From NCBI GenBank assembly GCA_964494395.1, contig CAZBTI010000008.1, positions 1-52,279 of the forward strand: DNA of 52,279 nucleotides. Reading direction: 5' to 3'. The position numbers and the translations under genes were made by a program. The stretch comes from an uncultured Acidimicrobiales bacterium. GTDB taxonomy: Bacteria; Actinomycetota; Acidimicrobiia; Acidimicrobiales; SHLQ01. The notes under the pieces were generated by a model. It was not told where the DNA came from and ran no database searches. It saw nothing but the letters and a program-made list of their open reading frames with translations. Positions 34,579-42,582 of this stretch are shown one piece after another. Every line of letters starts with the position of its first letter. Within the stretch, counting starts at the first letter, position 1.

Positions 34579-35415
34579 ATGAGTGATTCAGTAGGTCAAT
34601 ACCTTAACGAAATCGGACTCGTTCCTCTCCTGACTGCTCAGGAAGAGCGGGATCTGTCCAAAATCATCGAACGTGGCGCCGAAGCCCGTGCGAAAATGGA
34701 AGACGGCGAAACCGGCCGCGACCTCGGTCGTTCGATCCGTGAGGCAGCCGCTGCCAAGGATCGTTTCATCCGCGCAAACCTTCGCCTCGTCGTCAGCGTC
34801 GCCCGCCGTTATCCGCTGCCTCCTGGCATGGAGCTGCTCGACCTGATCCAAGAAGGCAACCTCGGTCTTGAGCACGCTGTCGACAAGTTCGACTGGCGCA
34901 AGGGCTTCAAGTTCTCGACGTACGCAACGTTCTGGATCCGCCAGGCAATCGGTCGTGCCCTCGATCAGAAGGCCAGCCTCGTTCGCCTCCCCGGTGACCG
35001 CTCGGCAAGCCTTCGTGCCGCTCTCCGCCAGGTTTCTGGTGACGGAGACGAACTCGATGAAGAGCACGCACGCCTCCACCGCCTGACCACCCCAACTTCT
35101 CTCGACCGCACCATCGGCGACGACGACTCGAACGAACTCGTCGACCTCCTCCCAGACGCAAAGCCTGGGCCGGAGGCCGAGGTGATGGCACGAGCTGAAG
35201 AAGAGATGGTCACTGGCCTTCTCGACATTCTCGACCCACGGGCTCGTTACGCAGTCGAGCAGCGCTTCGGACTGCACGACGGACGCAAGCGCAGCTACCG
35301 CGAAGTCGGGGAAGAACTGGGTGTCACAGCAGAAGCAGCCCGCCGCTTGGTAAAGCGTGCGGTCAGCTCGGTGCGTGAGCACGCTGCTGAGAAAGCAGCT
35401 TCACCAGCTGCGTAG
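34579..35415 (+). CDS. RNA polymerase sigma-70 family factor (group 2/SigB-like, no region 1.1)
   Basis: 278 aa. Regions 2.1-2.4 ANLRLVVSVARRY...IQEGNLGLEHAVDKFDWRKGFKFSTYATFWIRQAI. Region 4.2 YREVGEELGVTAEAARRLVKRAV. Confidence 0.9.
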   Translation: MSDSVGQYLNEIGLVPLLTAQEERDLSKIIERGAEARAKMEDGETGRDLGRSIREAAAAKDRFIRANLRLVVSVARRYPLPPGMELLDLIQEGNLGLEHAVDKFDWRKGFKFSTYATFWIRQAIGRALDQKASLVRLPGDRSASLRAALRQVSGDGDELDEEHARLHRLTTPTSLDRTIGDDDSNELVDLLPDAKPGPEAEVMARAEEEMVTGLLDILDPRARYAVEQRFGLHDGRKRSYREVGEELGVTAEAARRLVKRAVSSVREHAAEKAASPAA

Positions 35416-35457
35416 GCGCTGACCCGCCCTAGCGGGCACAACAAACAAGAACAATGG

Positions 35458-35501
35458 GAACGACGGATCTGCCTCGGCGGGTCCGTCGTTCACGTTTTGC
35501 C
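35458..35501 (+). terminator. Probable intrinsic terminator after the sigma gene
   Basis: GAACGACGGATC-(10 nt)-GGTCCGTCGTTC stem (11/12 bp) followed by ACGTTTTGCC. Confidence 0.55.
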
Positions 35502-35514
35502 TTAAGCTGTAGGG

Positions 35515-36867
35515 GTGACCAATACGTGGAATCCACAGAGCTGGCGTAACTTCTCGGCCCTCCAACAACCGGCGTGGCCCGAAGATAGCGACCTCGATCA
35601 AACACTCAAGATTCTCGGCGACCAACCGCCACTCGTCTTTGCTGGCGAAGCTCGCGACCTGCTTGAGAGTCTGGGCGCAGCGAGTCGAGGCGAAGCATTC
35701 CTACTGCAAGCTGGCGACTGTGCCGAATCGTTTGAAAGCTCGGCCGACTCGATCCGAGATCGATTGAAGGTCATCCTCCAGATGGCGGTCGTGCTTACCT
35801 ACGCGGGCGGAATGCCGGTGGTCAAGGTAGGACGCATCGCTGGCCAGTTCGCCAAGCCCCGCTCGTCCGATACCGAAACACAGGGCGACGTCGAACTCCC
35901 ATCGTTCCGCGGACACATCATCAACGACATTGGCTTCTCCGAGAGCGAACGTCGCGCTCAGCCCAACCGCCTTCTTATGGCCTACAACCGGGCAGCAGCC
36001 ACCCTCAACCTTGTTCGAGCGTTCACCCGCGGCGGTTTCGCCGACCTGAGCCTCGTCCATCAATGGAACCAAGAGTTCGTCGCCGACAGTCCCGTCGGCG
36101 AAAAGTACGAAACCCTGGCGGGCGACATCGAACGCTCCCTCGCCTTCATGACCTCGTGCGGCATTGACCTCGGGAAAGAGAGCAGCCTCAACGAGGTCGA
36201 CTTCTACACTTCACACGAAGCGCTGCTCCTCGACTACGAAGAAGCCCTCACCCGGGAAGACTCCATCAGTGGCGATTGGTACGACTGCTCAGCGCACATG
36301 CTGTGGATTGGCGAACGAACCCGCCAACTCGATGGTGCACACATCGAGTTCCTCCGCGGAGTGAAGAACCCACTCGGCTGCAAGATCGGCCCAACAGCGA
36401 CCGTCGAAGATGTCGTCGGCATTTGCGAAGCACTGAACCCCGACAAGATCGAGGGCCGGGTAACGCTCATCACCCGAATGGGCGCAGAGAATATCCGCGA
36501 GAAGCTGCCTCCGTTGTTGGCTGCGGTCAAAGAGACCGGCCACCCCGTGTTGTGGGTTTCGGACCCAATGCACGGCAATACCTACACCGCATCCGATGGC
36601 CACAAGACCCGGCACTTCGACGCCATCGTCGACGAGATAGCAGGCTTCTTCGAATCCCACGAAAAGGCCGGAACGATCGCTGGTGGCATCCACCTCGAAC
36701 TCACCGGAGATCCGGTCACCGAGTGTGTCGGTGGCGGCGACGGCTTGGGAGACGACGATCTCGCAAGCGCGTATGAGACCATGTGCGACCCACGACTCAA
36801 CGGACGCCAAGCACTCGACGTGGCCTTCAAGGTCGCCGACATCATTCGGAGACGCTCGACGGTCTAA
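35515..36867 (+). CDS. aroG: Class II (plant/actinobacterial type) 3-deoxy-7-phosphoheptulonate (DAHP) synthase
   Basis: 450 aa. N-terminal WNPQSWRNFSALQQPAWPE and ..GRIAGQFAKPRS.., ..WIGERTRQLDGAHIEF.., ..DPMHGNT.. are typical of class II DAHPS. Confidence 0.93.
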   Translation: MTNTWNPQSWRNFSALQQPAWPEDSDLDQTLKILGDQPPLVFAGEARDLLESLGAASRGEAFLLQAGDCAESFESSADSIRDRLKVILQMAVVLTYAGGMPVVKVGRIAGQFAKPRSSDTETQGDVELPSFRGHIINDIGFSESERRAQPNRLLMAYNRAAATLNLVRAFTRGGFADLSLVHQWNQEFVADSPVGEKYETLAGDIERSLAFMTSCGIDLGKESSLNEVDFYTSHEALLLDYEEALTREDSISGDWYDCSAHMLWIGERTRQLDGAHIEFLRGVKNPLGCKIGPTATVEDVVGICEALNPDKIEGRVTLITRMGAENIREKLPPLLAAVKETGHPVLWVSDPMHGNTYTASDGHKTRHFDAIVDEIAGFFESHEKAGTIAGGIHLELTGDPVTECVGGGDGLGDDDLASAYETMCDPRLNGRQALDVAFKVADIIRRRSTV

Positions 36868-37000
36868 GCCGCCAACGGCTCCGCCGTTATTTTGGCGGCA
36901 CGCCCTTCGAGCCCATCGTCCCCTTCGGGGAGCGTTCATGCGGCACGCAGCCTGGGCGCCGGAGGCGGTCTACAACGGTCGACCCCGGAGGCGGTGGTTG

Positions 37001-37669
37001 CTAGAGATTCTTGCCGAAGTTGGCTAGCGTCTGACGGATTGTTTCGACGTCTTGACGGGTGATTTTCTGCTCGACCCTGCTCTCGGGGTTGAGGCACACA
37101 CGCCAGAGTTCGTCAGCGTTTAGGCCAGCGATGCTCTTGAGATAGTCGTGGTCGATGCCCGTGATCTTCTTCTCCCTCATCTTTGCGACAAGTGCCTCAC
37201 GATGAGGTGCCGAGTACGCATAGACCACATCTTCGAGTTGGTCGGCATCGATGGCAAACAACGGTGCACGGACATTGACGAGCCGATCGGCGCTAATGAG
37301 TTCGGGCATAAGGAAGTCGAACGCAAGCAACAAAAGGGCGCTGGCGTGAACCCCGTCTGGGTCGCCGTCGGCCAAGATCAACACCCGGTCGTATTGCACC
37401 GAGTCCAGATCGAACGCTTCCCCACTCCACGCACCGACCGCTCGAACGATCGACTTCAGCTTGTCGTTCTCGAAGACCTCGCGCTCCGATGCCCGCTCGA
37501 CGTTCATGGGCTTGCCTTGCACAGCGAGGATTGCTTGGGACTTCGGATCTCGCGCAGCCTTTGCAGCATTCGCCGCAGAGATCCCCTCGACTACAAAGAG
37601 CTCTCGTGGCCCTCCACCTTGCTCATTGGTGCAAGGTGTAAATGCGTCCAAAGGCGAGGAGCGTGACAT
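37001..37669 (-). CDS. Orphan GyrB/ParE C-terminal half: Toprim domain plus GyrB C-terminal tail, no ATPase/transducer
   Basis: PRELFVVEGISAANAAKAARD..QAILAVQGKPMNVE; RVLILADGDPDGVHASALLLLAF; YLKSIAGLNADELWRVCLNPESR. Start set at M25 (MSRSSPLD), 10 nt after the upstream gene's stop. The ORF is open to 37741. Confidence 0.75.
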   Translation of the reverse strand: MSRSSPLDAFTPCTNEQGGGPRELFVVEGISAANAAKAARDPKSQAILAVQGKPMNVERASEREVFENDKLKSIVRAVGAWSGEAFDLDSVQYDRVLILADGDPDGVHASALLLLAFDFLMPELISADRLVNVRAPLFAIDADQLEDVVYAYSAPHREALVAKMREKKITGIDHDYLKSIAGLNADELWRVCLNPESRVEQKITRQDVETIRQTLANFGKNL

Positions 37670-37679
37670 CGCTCCAACG

Positions 37680-38429
37680 CTAGCAAGACCACTCGCGGTG
37701 AGACTTCCTACTTGCTGGCGATTGCGGTAAGAGCTGACCACCCCACCACACTCGCCATAGGTAAAAAATTATCCCGCTAGCGAGAAACGTACCGAGCGCT
37801 GCGGTCGCGACGGAGGGCTGCACACTCTCAGCTCTCGTATCCCACGTCCACCGTATAACCGCAAGAAGTGCACCGCTAGAAAGGATGATCATTGCAGTCA
37901 GCGAAGATCCCAGAATGAGCCGTTGCCTCATTGCCGATGACCCTACGAGGATTGCACCCAACCCACTCACGGTGAACGACCCAACGTTCAAAGGTGTTGC
38001 AGGGCTCACCGTCAATGCCGCGAAAATATCCGTTATGCCGAAGACCACCAAATAGACCGCGAATCCCCATCGGAAAGAAAGGTCCCACGGCCTTCTCAAA
38101 GAGAACCAGATGAAGGAAGAGACTAGGCCAACGAGCATGAGGTCGACGCCGAGTCCGAACCTTCCAACGTCACCCGTGATGGTCAAGACCGTCACGATGG
38201 CTATTTGCAGTGCGAGCATCAAGGCAAACGGCACAAGTGTCGCTTCAGACTTTCGCGTGATTCGCCATGTCACGTAAGAGAGCGCGCCCTGCAAAAGTTC
38301 GAACACGCACTCGGCTGAGCTGTGGTCAGCGATGAAGTCGTCGGTGTAATCGAGCCAGTCTCGCGTGAGGCATTCGGCAACCTCTGGACGCTCACCTATC
38401 GTCACTATGGCAAAGAGTAGGCGCCGCAT
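37680..38429 (-). CDS. Polytopic (about 6 TM) membrane protein of unknown family
   Basis: 249-aa ORF. About 60-aa soluble N-terminus, then six hydrophobic helices. Lower GC than surrounding genes. Confidence 0.6.
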   Translation of the reverse strand: MRRLLFAIVTIGERPEVAECLTRDWLDYTDDFIADHSSAECVFELLQGALSYVTWRITRKSEATLVPFALMLALQIAIVTVLTITGDVGRFGLGVDLMLVGLVSSFIWFSLRRPWDLSFRWGFAVYLVVFGITDIFAALTVSPATPLNVGSFTVSGLGAILVGSSAMRQRLILGSSLTAMIILSSGALLAVIRWTWDTRAESVQPSVATAALGTFLASGIIFYLWRVWWGGQLLPQSPASRKSHREWSC

Positions 38430-38555
38430 GCGATGAAAGACTAGTGCGACCTCTGGGCACGCAACGCTGCTACCAAAAACAAACTGTTCTTTCGGTCGCG
38501 ACCGTTTACTATTCCTCGCGTTCCAAATCTCTTGACGGTTTTCAATTCGTGACCG

Positions 38556-40055
38556 CTAGGCCAAATTATCCGCAAACTTCTCTAACTGGCGGAGGTTCCG
38601 AACTTCGAAGATGCCATCGCAGTAGCTCGAGTACTCGCCGATGATCGAGTCGCCGGTGTCCCAGTAGCTCTTTGGTTCGGGGTTGAGCCAGAACACGTTG
38701 CGGGCCCGCTCGGCAATGTCCTTGATGATCCAACTGTTCGGGGCGTGGTAGTTGTTGCGCGCGTCGCCGAGGATCAGCACAGAAGTCTTCGGCCCAACGT
38801 CCTTGCCGTACTTGTTCCAGAACACCTCAAGAGCGTGGCCGTAGTCGCTGTGGCCATCGACCCACACGACGTCGGCCTCGCTGTTCACTCGATGAATTGC
38901 TTCGGTGATGTCGTCGGTTTGTTCGAAGTACTCGGTGACCTCATCGAGCCCATCGATGAACACAAACGAGCGGACTTGGGTGAATTGGCTCGACAGTGCG
39001 TAGACGAGGTGGAGCGTGAAGCGGGCGAACGCAGCAACCGAACCCGAGATGTCGGCAATGACCATGATCTCGGGCTTCTTTGGCCGTGGGTTGCGAAACT
39101 TCGGTTCGGCAGGGACACCGCCATAGGAAAGCGATGTACGAATCGTGTGCCGGAAATCGAGCGGACCCTTGCGGCCGCGGCGACGCTTGCGAGCAAGCCG
39201 CACCGCAAGTTTGCGAGTGAGTGGATAGATGGCCTTGCGCAGGTTGGCCATCTCTTCTCGACTGGCGTGCATGAAGTCGACATCTTCGGGAAGCGGCTTA
39301 CGCAGCGTCTTCGCCATAGCTTCGACACCGCGGTCGGCAACGAGGCGGCGACGGATCTCGGCTTCGATCTCCTTCTTGAGCGACTCGATGCGATCTTTGA
39401 ACTCGTCGCGCTGCAAGCGTTGTTCGAACTGGCTCATCTCTTCAGACTCGTCCTGTTCTTGTTGCATAAGCTTGTCGAGGATGCCGTCGAGGTCGAGGTT
39501 CCGAAGCGTGCGATACAGGTAGTACGTACCGCCGACCGGCCGACCAGGCTCCATACCCGCATATCGGCGAACCGATTCGCGGGCCATCGAGCGCATCATG
39601 GACTCGTCGCCATTGGCCAGCGCGTTGTAGAGCATTTCGGCCAACTCTTCTGGCGTCATCCCAGAGTTGCCACCCTGCCCCTTGCCCTCACCCTGTTGAC
39701 CGGGTGGGCCTTGACCTTCTTCGTCTTCGTCCTCTTCGTCGAGGAGGCTCGAGAGTTCGCTGTCTAACGCGTACTCCTCGCCACGAAGTGAGAAGTACAC
39801 ATCGAAGACGATCTCGAATGCTTTCCAATGCGAGTTGTTCTTGACCAGCGTCGCCGCCAACGCATACTTCAGCGCGGTGCGATCCTCGAGGGGAACGTGC
39901 CGGATTGCCTCCATTGCGTCGAGGTTCTCGGTGAGGCTTACGGGCAGCCCAGCGTTTCGAAGCTCGACGATAAAGCCCGACAACAAGTCGAGCAGCGGCG
40001 ACGGCTCGGGTTCGGGCCCAGCACCATTGGTTTCGGCTGGCGGCACGGTGGTCAT
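38556..40055 (-). CDS. VWA domain-containing CoxE-like protein
   Basis: 499 aa. N-terminal ..FIVELRNAGLPVSLTENLDAMEAI.., an acidic/charged middle region, and a C-terminal VWA with ..IMVIADISGSVAAFARF.. (MIDAS-like DxSxS). Confidence 0.85.
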   Translation of the reverse strand: MTTVPPAETNGAGPEPEPSPLLDLLSGFIVELRNAGLPVSLTENLDAMEAIRHVPLEDRTALKYALAATLVKNNSHWKAFEIVFDVYFSLRGEEYALDSELSSLLDEEDEDEEGQGPPGQQGEGKGQGGNSGMTPEELAEMLYNALANGDESMMRSMARESVRRYAGMEPGRPVGGTYYLYRTLRNLDLDGILDKLMQQEQDESEEMSQFEQRLQRDEFKDRIESLKKEIEAEIRRRLVADRGVEAMAKTLRKPLPEDVDFMHASREEMANLRKAIYPLTRKLAVRLARKRRRGRKGPLDFRHTIRTSLSYGGVPAEPKFRNPRPKKPEIMVIADISGSVAAFARFTLHLVYALSSQFTQVRSFVFIDGLDEVTEYFEQTDDITEAIHRVNSEADVVWVDGHSDYGHALEVFWNKYGKDVGPKTSVLILGDARNNYHAPNSWIIKDIAERARNVFWLNPEPKSYWDTGDSIIGEYSSYCDGIFEVRNLRQLEKFADNLA

Positions 40056-40058
40056 GAA

Positions 40059-40964
40059 CTAGCCGGAGTAGCTGTCGGCGTTTGCGTTCATGTCCTTCAC
40101 GGCCTTGTCGATATCGGTCCGGTACTTCAACAAGATGTTGACAGTTTCCGTCGCCGTCTCGGCGTCGATCTGATCGATGCCGAGCAGCACCAGCGTGCGG
40201 GCCCAGTCGATGGTCTCACTAACAGATGGGTGCTTCTTCAACTCGAGCTGACGGATCGAACGGACGACGCGGGCGACTTGGTTTGCAAGATGTTCAGTGA
40301 TGTCGGGAACCCTTGTCATGACGATCTGCTTCTCGCGCTCCATCTCTGGGTAGTCGAGGTGCAAGTACAGGGCACGACGCTTCAGCGCTTCGGACAGCTC
40401 GCGGGTGTTGTTCGACGTGAGGAAGACCAACGGGATCTGCTTTGCGACAACCGTTCCCAATTCGGGAATCGATACCTGGTAGTCCGACAGAATCTCGAGC
40501 AGCAGTGCTTCGGTTTCGATCTCGACACGATCGACTTCGTCGATGAGCAACACGACGGGCTCTTCGGAACGAATGGCTTCGAGGAGCGGGCGAGCGAGAA
40601 GAAATTCTTCGCTGAAGATGTCATCTTCGAGTTCAGACCAGTCGCTCTCGCCGCTGCGATCGGACTGGATGCGCAAAAGCTGCTTCTTGTAGTTCCACTC
40701 GTACAGCGCCTTAGCCTCGTCGAGGCCCTCGTAGCACTGCAAGCGAATGAGCTTGGCGCCCGTCATCTCCGCCACCGACTTTGCGAGCTGGGTCTTGCCT
40801 GTACCGGCAGGCCCTTCGACCAGAATTGGTTTCTCAAGCCGATCTGCGAGGTACACGGTGCCTGCTATGGCATCGTCGGCAAGGTAATCAACAGAAGCAA
40901 GTTTGTCCCGAACTCCTGGTATGTCTTCAAAGCGATGGTCCATTCCCAGAAGGGTATCGGCCAC
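40059..40964 (-). CDS. MoxR-family AAA+ ATPase (CoxD-like)
   Basis: 301 aa. Walker A VEGPAGTGKTQLAKS, Walker B VLLIDEVDR. Immediately upstream of the VWA partner (3-nt gap). Confidence 0.9.
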   Translation of the reverse strand: MADTLLGMDHRFEDIPGVRDKLASVDYLADDAIAGTVYLADRLEKPILVEGPAGTGKTQLAKSVAEMTGAKLIRLQCYEGLDEAKALYEWNYKKQLLRIQSDRSGESDWSELEDDIFSEEFLLARPLLEAIRSEEPVVLLIDEVDRVEIETEALLLEILSDYQVSIPELGTVVAKQIPLVFLTSNNTRELSEALKRRALYLHLDYPEMEREKQIVMTRVPDITEHLANQVARVVRSIRQLELKKHPSVSETIDWARTLVLLGIDQIDAETATETVNILLKYRTDIDKAVKDMNANADSYSG

Positions 40965-41000
40965 GGTGCCCAGCGCTCGGGTCCTTCCGCAACGGATAGT

Positions 41001-41015
41001 TAGGGACTGTCCCTA
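41001..41015. promoter_or_regulatory. Perfect 7-1-7 palindrome TAGGGACTGTCCCTA upstream of moxR
   Basis: Read directly. Lies 37-51 nt upstream of the moxR start. A 1-nt spacer rules out a hairpin terminator and suggests a dimeric protein-binding site. Confidence 0.35.
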
Positions 41016-41050
41016 TTTGTCCGGTTCTTGCTACGAAGCGATGTTGACGC

Positions 41051-42547
41051 TCAGCGGCGCAGCGTTGGATTGGTTTGGGTGACTTTGGAGCGGACGGTAA
41101 AGACGCTGTCGCCGCTGAGAACGCCGCCGCGGCCGAAGAGACGGCCGAATTCCCAATTGGAGAGGCCAAGTTCGGGTCGGTTGAAGGCGTACTGACCGTC
41201 GACCCAACGGGTGAAGCCGTCACCGACGAACGGCGCATCGACCCGCTCGAAGAACACTTCGCGTTCTTGTTCATCTTGACTCAACAGCGAGATCACAAAG
41301 CGGGGCGACTGCGCGTTGTACAACTGAACAGCCTGCTGGACCGACTGCACAACGACGAGGGTGACCTCGGGGCTCTCCTCCCATTCCCACTCGTTTCCGA
41401 GCTCGTCCCAGTCGATTACGCCGGTGCGAGGTTCGGTCACTGGTCCTTCAGCGCGAAGAATCTCCGCGTCAGCAAGCCAATCGTCTGGGAGCAGGTGCAT
41501 TTGATCGGCGGTCACATGCAGCTTGCTGGTTGCGCCGCGAGTCTTGCCAGCTGCGTCGAGCGCGTCGAGGAAGACGGGCAGAAGTCGGTCGAGTTCTGCC
41601 GCCACGATGCAGCAGGTGTTGAGCGTGTTGCACACCTTGCGATCGAGGCTGGCTTCGACGACGGCTTTAAACCGCTCAGCATCAGTGGAGTCTGCCGCGA
41701 CCATCCACGCACCACCCGTTCCGTGGAGGCTGACCGAGATACCTGCCTGTCGAGCGACAGCTCCGAGTTGTGCCACTGCAGCACCACTCCCCCGAGCCAC
41801 AGCCAGCGCAAGACGATCATCGGAGAACATTGCATGGCCAGCAGCACGAGACGCACTTGCCACGAGGCTGGCCGCACCAGTGGGTAGACCCGCTTCGGCC
41901 AAGGCCGGAGACAGCGCATGTTCGACGATGGCTTTAGCCGTGCCGAGCGCATCGCTACCGATGCGGAACACCACGGTGTTGCCAGACCGGATCACGCCGG
42001 TCGCATCGGCGAACACATTCGGCCGACCTTCGAACACAAAGCCCACGACACCGAGCCCAGCGCGAACTTGTTCGATGGCCCAACCGTCGTGTTCGACCCG
42101 CTCGACCACTTCACCACGACCTGAAGGCTGAGCAGCCCAGCCACGAAGGCCGTCGATCATGTCGGTGCGCATCGTGTTGGTCAGTTCGAGCCGTGTGGTG
42201 CTGCGACCCTTTGCCTTGGCCTTCTCAATGTCGTCGGCATTTGCGGCGGCGATTGGAGCAAAGGTTGCATCGTCGGCGAGTCGATCGGCGAACAGACCAA
42301 AGAAGGCCGAAATGGCTTCATCGGAGACGGTGCCCATGCGATCGAAGGCGTCGATGGCCGCACCGACCGCTCCGTCGGCGATCGCCGCGACGTCGGCGGG
42401 AATGTGGATCAGGTCACCCGTCGACTGCACGACGACGAGGGAGTCACCTGGGCTGAATTCAGCTGCCAGCTCCGCTGACACGGTCTTTATGCGGTTTCCC
42501 CCATAAATAATGGACATTCCCTCTTCGAGCTCGTTCAACTCAGACAT
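41051..42547 (-). CDS. proA: Glutamate-5-semialdehyde dehydrogenase-like (ProA family) protein with N-terminal extension
   Basis: 498 aa. ..GVVGFVFEGRPNVFADATGVIRSGNTVVFRIGSDA.., ..RKVCNTLNTCCI.. (catalytic Cys region). Divergent C-terminus and about 50 extra N-terminal residues. Confidence 0.75.
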   Translation of the reverse strand: MSELNELEEGMSIIYGGNRIKTVSAELAAEFSPGDSLVVVQSTGDLIHIPADVAAIADGAVGAAIDAFDRMGTVSDEAISAFFGLFADRLADDATFAPIAAANADDIEKAKAKGRSTTRLELTNTMRTDMIDGLRGWAAQPSGRGEVVERVEHDGWAIEQVRAGLGVVGFVFEGRPNVFADATGVIRSGNTVVFRIGSDALGTAKAIVEHALSPALAEAGLPTGAASLVASASRAAGHAMFSDDRLALAVARGSGAAVAQLGAVARQAGISVSLHGTGGAWMVAADSTDAERFKAVVEASLDRKVCNTLNTCCIVAAELDRLLPVFLDALDAAGKTRGATSKLHVTADQMHLLPDDWLADAEILRAEGPVTEPRTGVIDWDELGNEWEWEESPEVTLVVVQSVQQAVQLYNAQSPRFVISLLSQDEQEREVFFERVDAPFVGDGFTRWVDGQYAFNRPELGLSNWEFGRLFGRGGVLSGDSVFTVRSKVTQTNPTLRR

Positions 42548-42582
42548 GCATTGAACGCTAGCCCACTAGCCCGAGAAGTAGC

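Noticed and set aside
36868-36899. Hairpin GCCGCCAA-(16 nt)-TTGGCGGC between the convergent DAHP synthase and Toprim genes, considered as a bidirectional terminator.
   Set aside because: It has a large loop and no U-tract on either strand. It is too weak to call.
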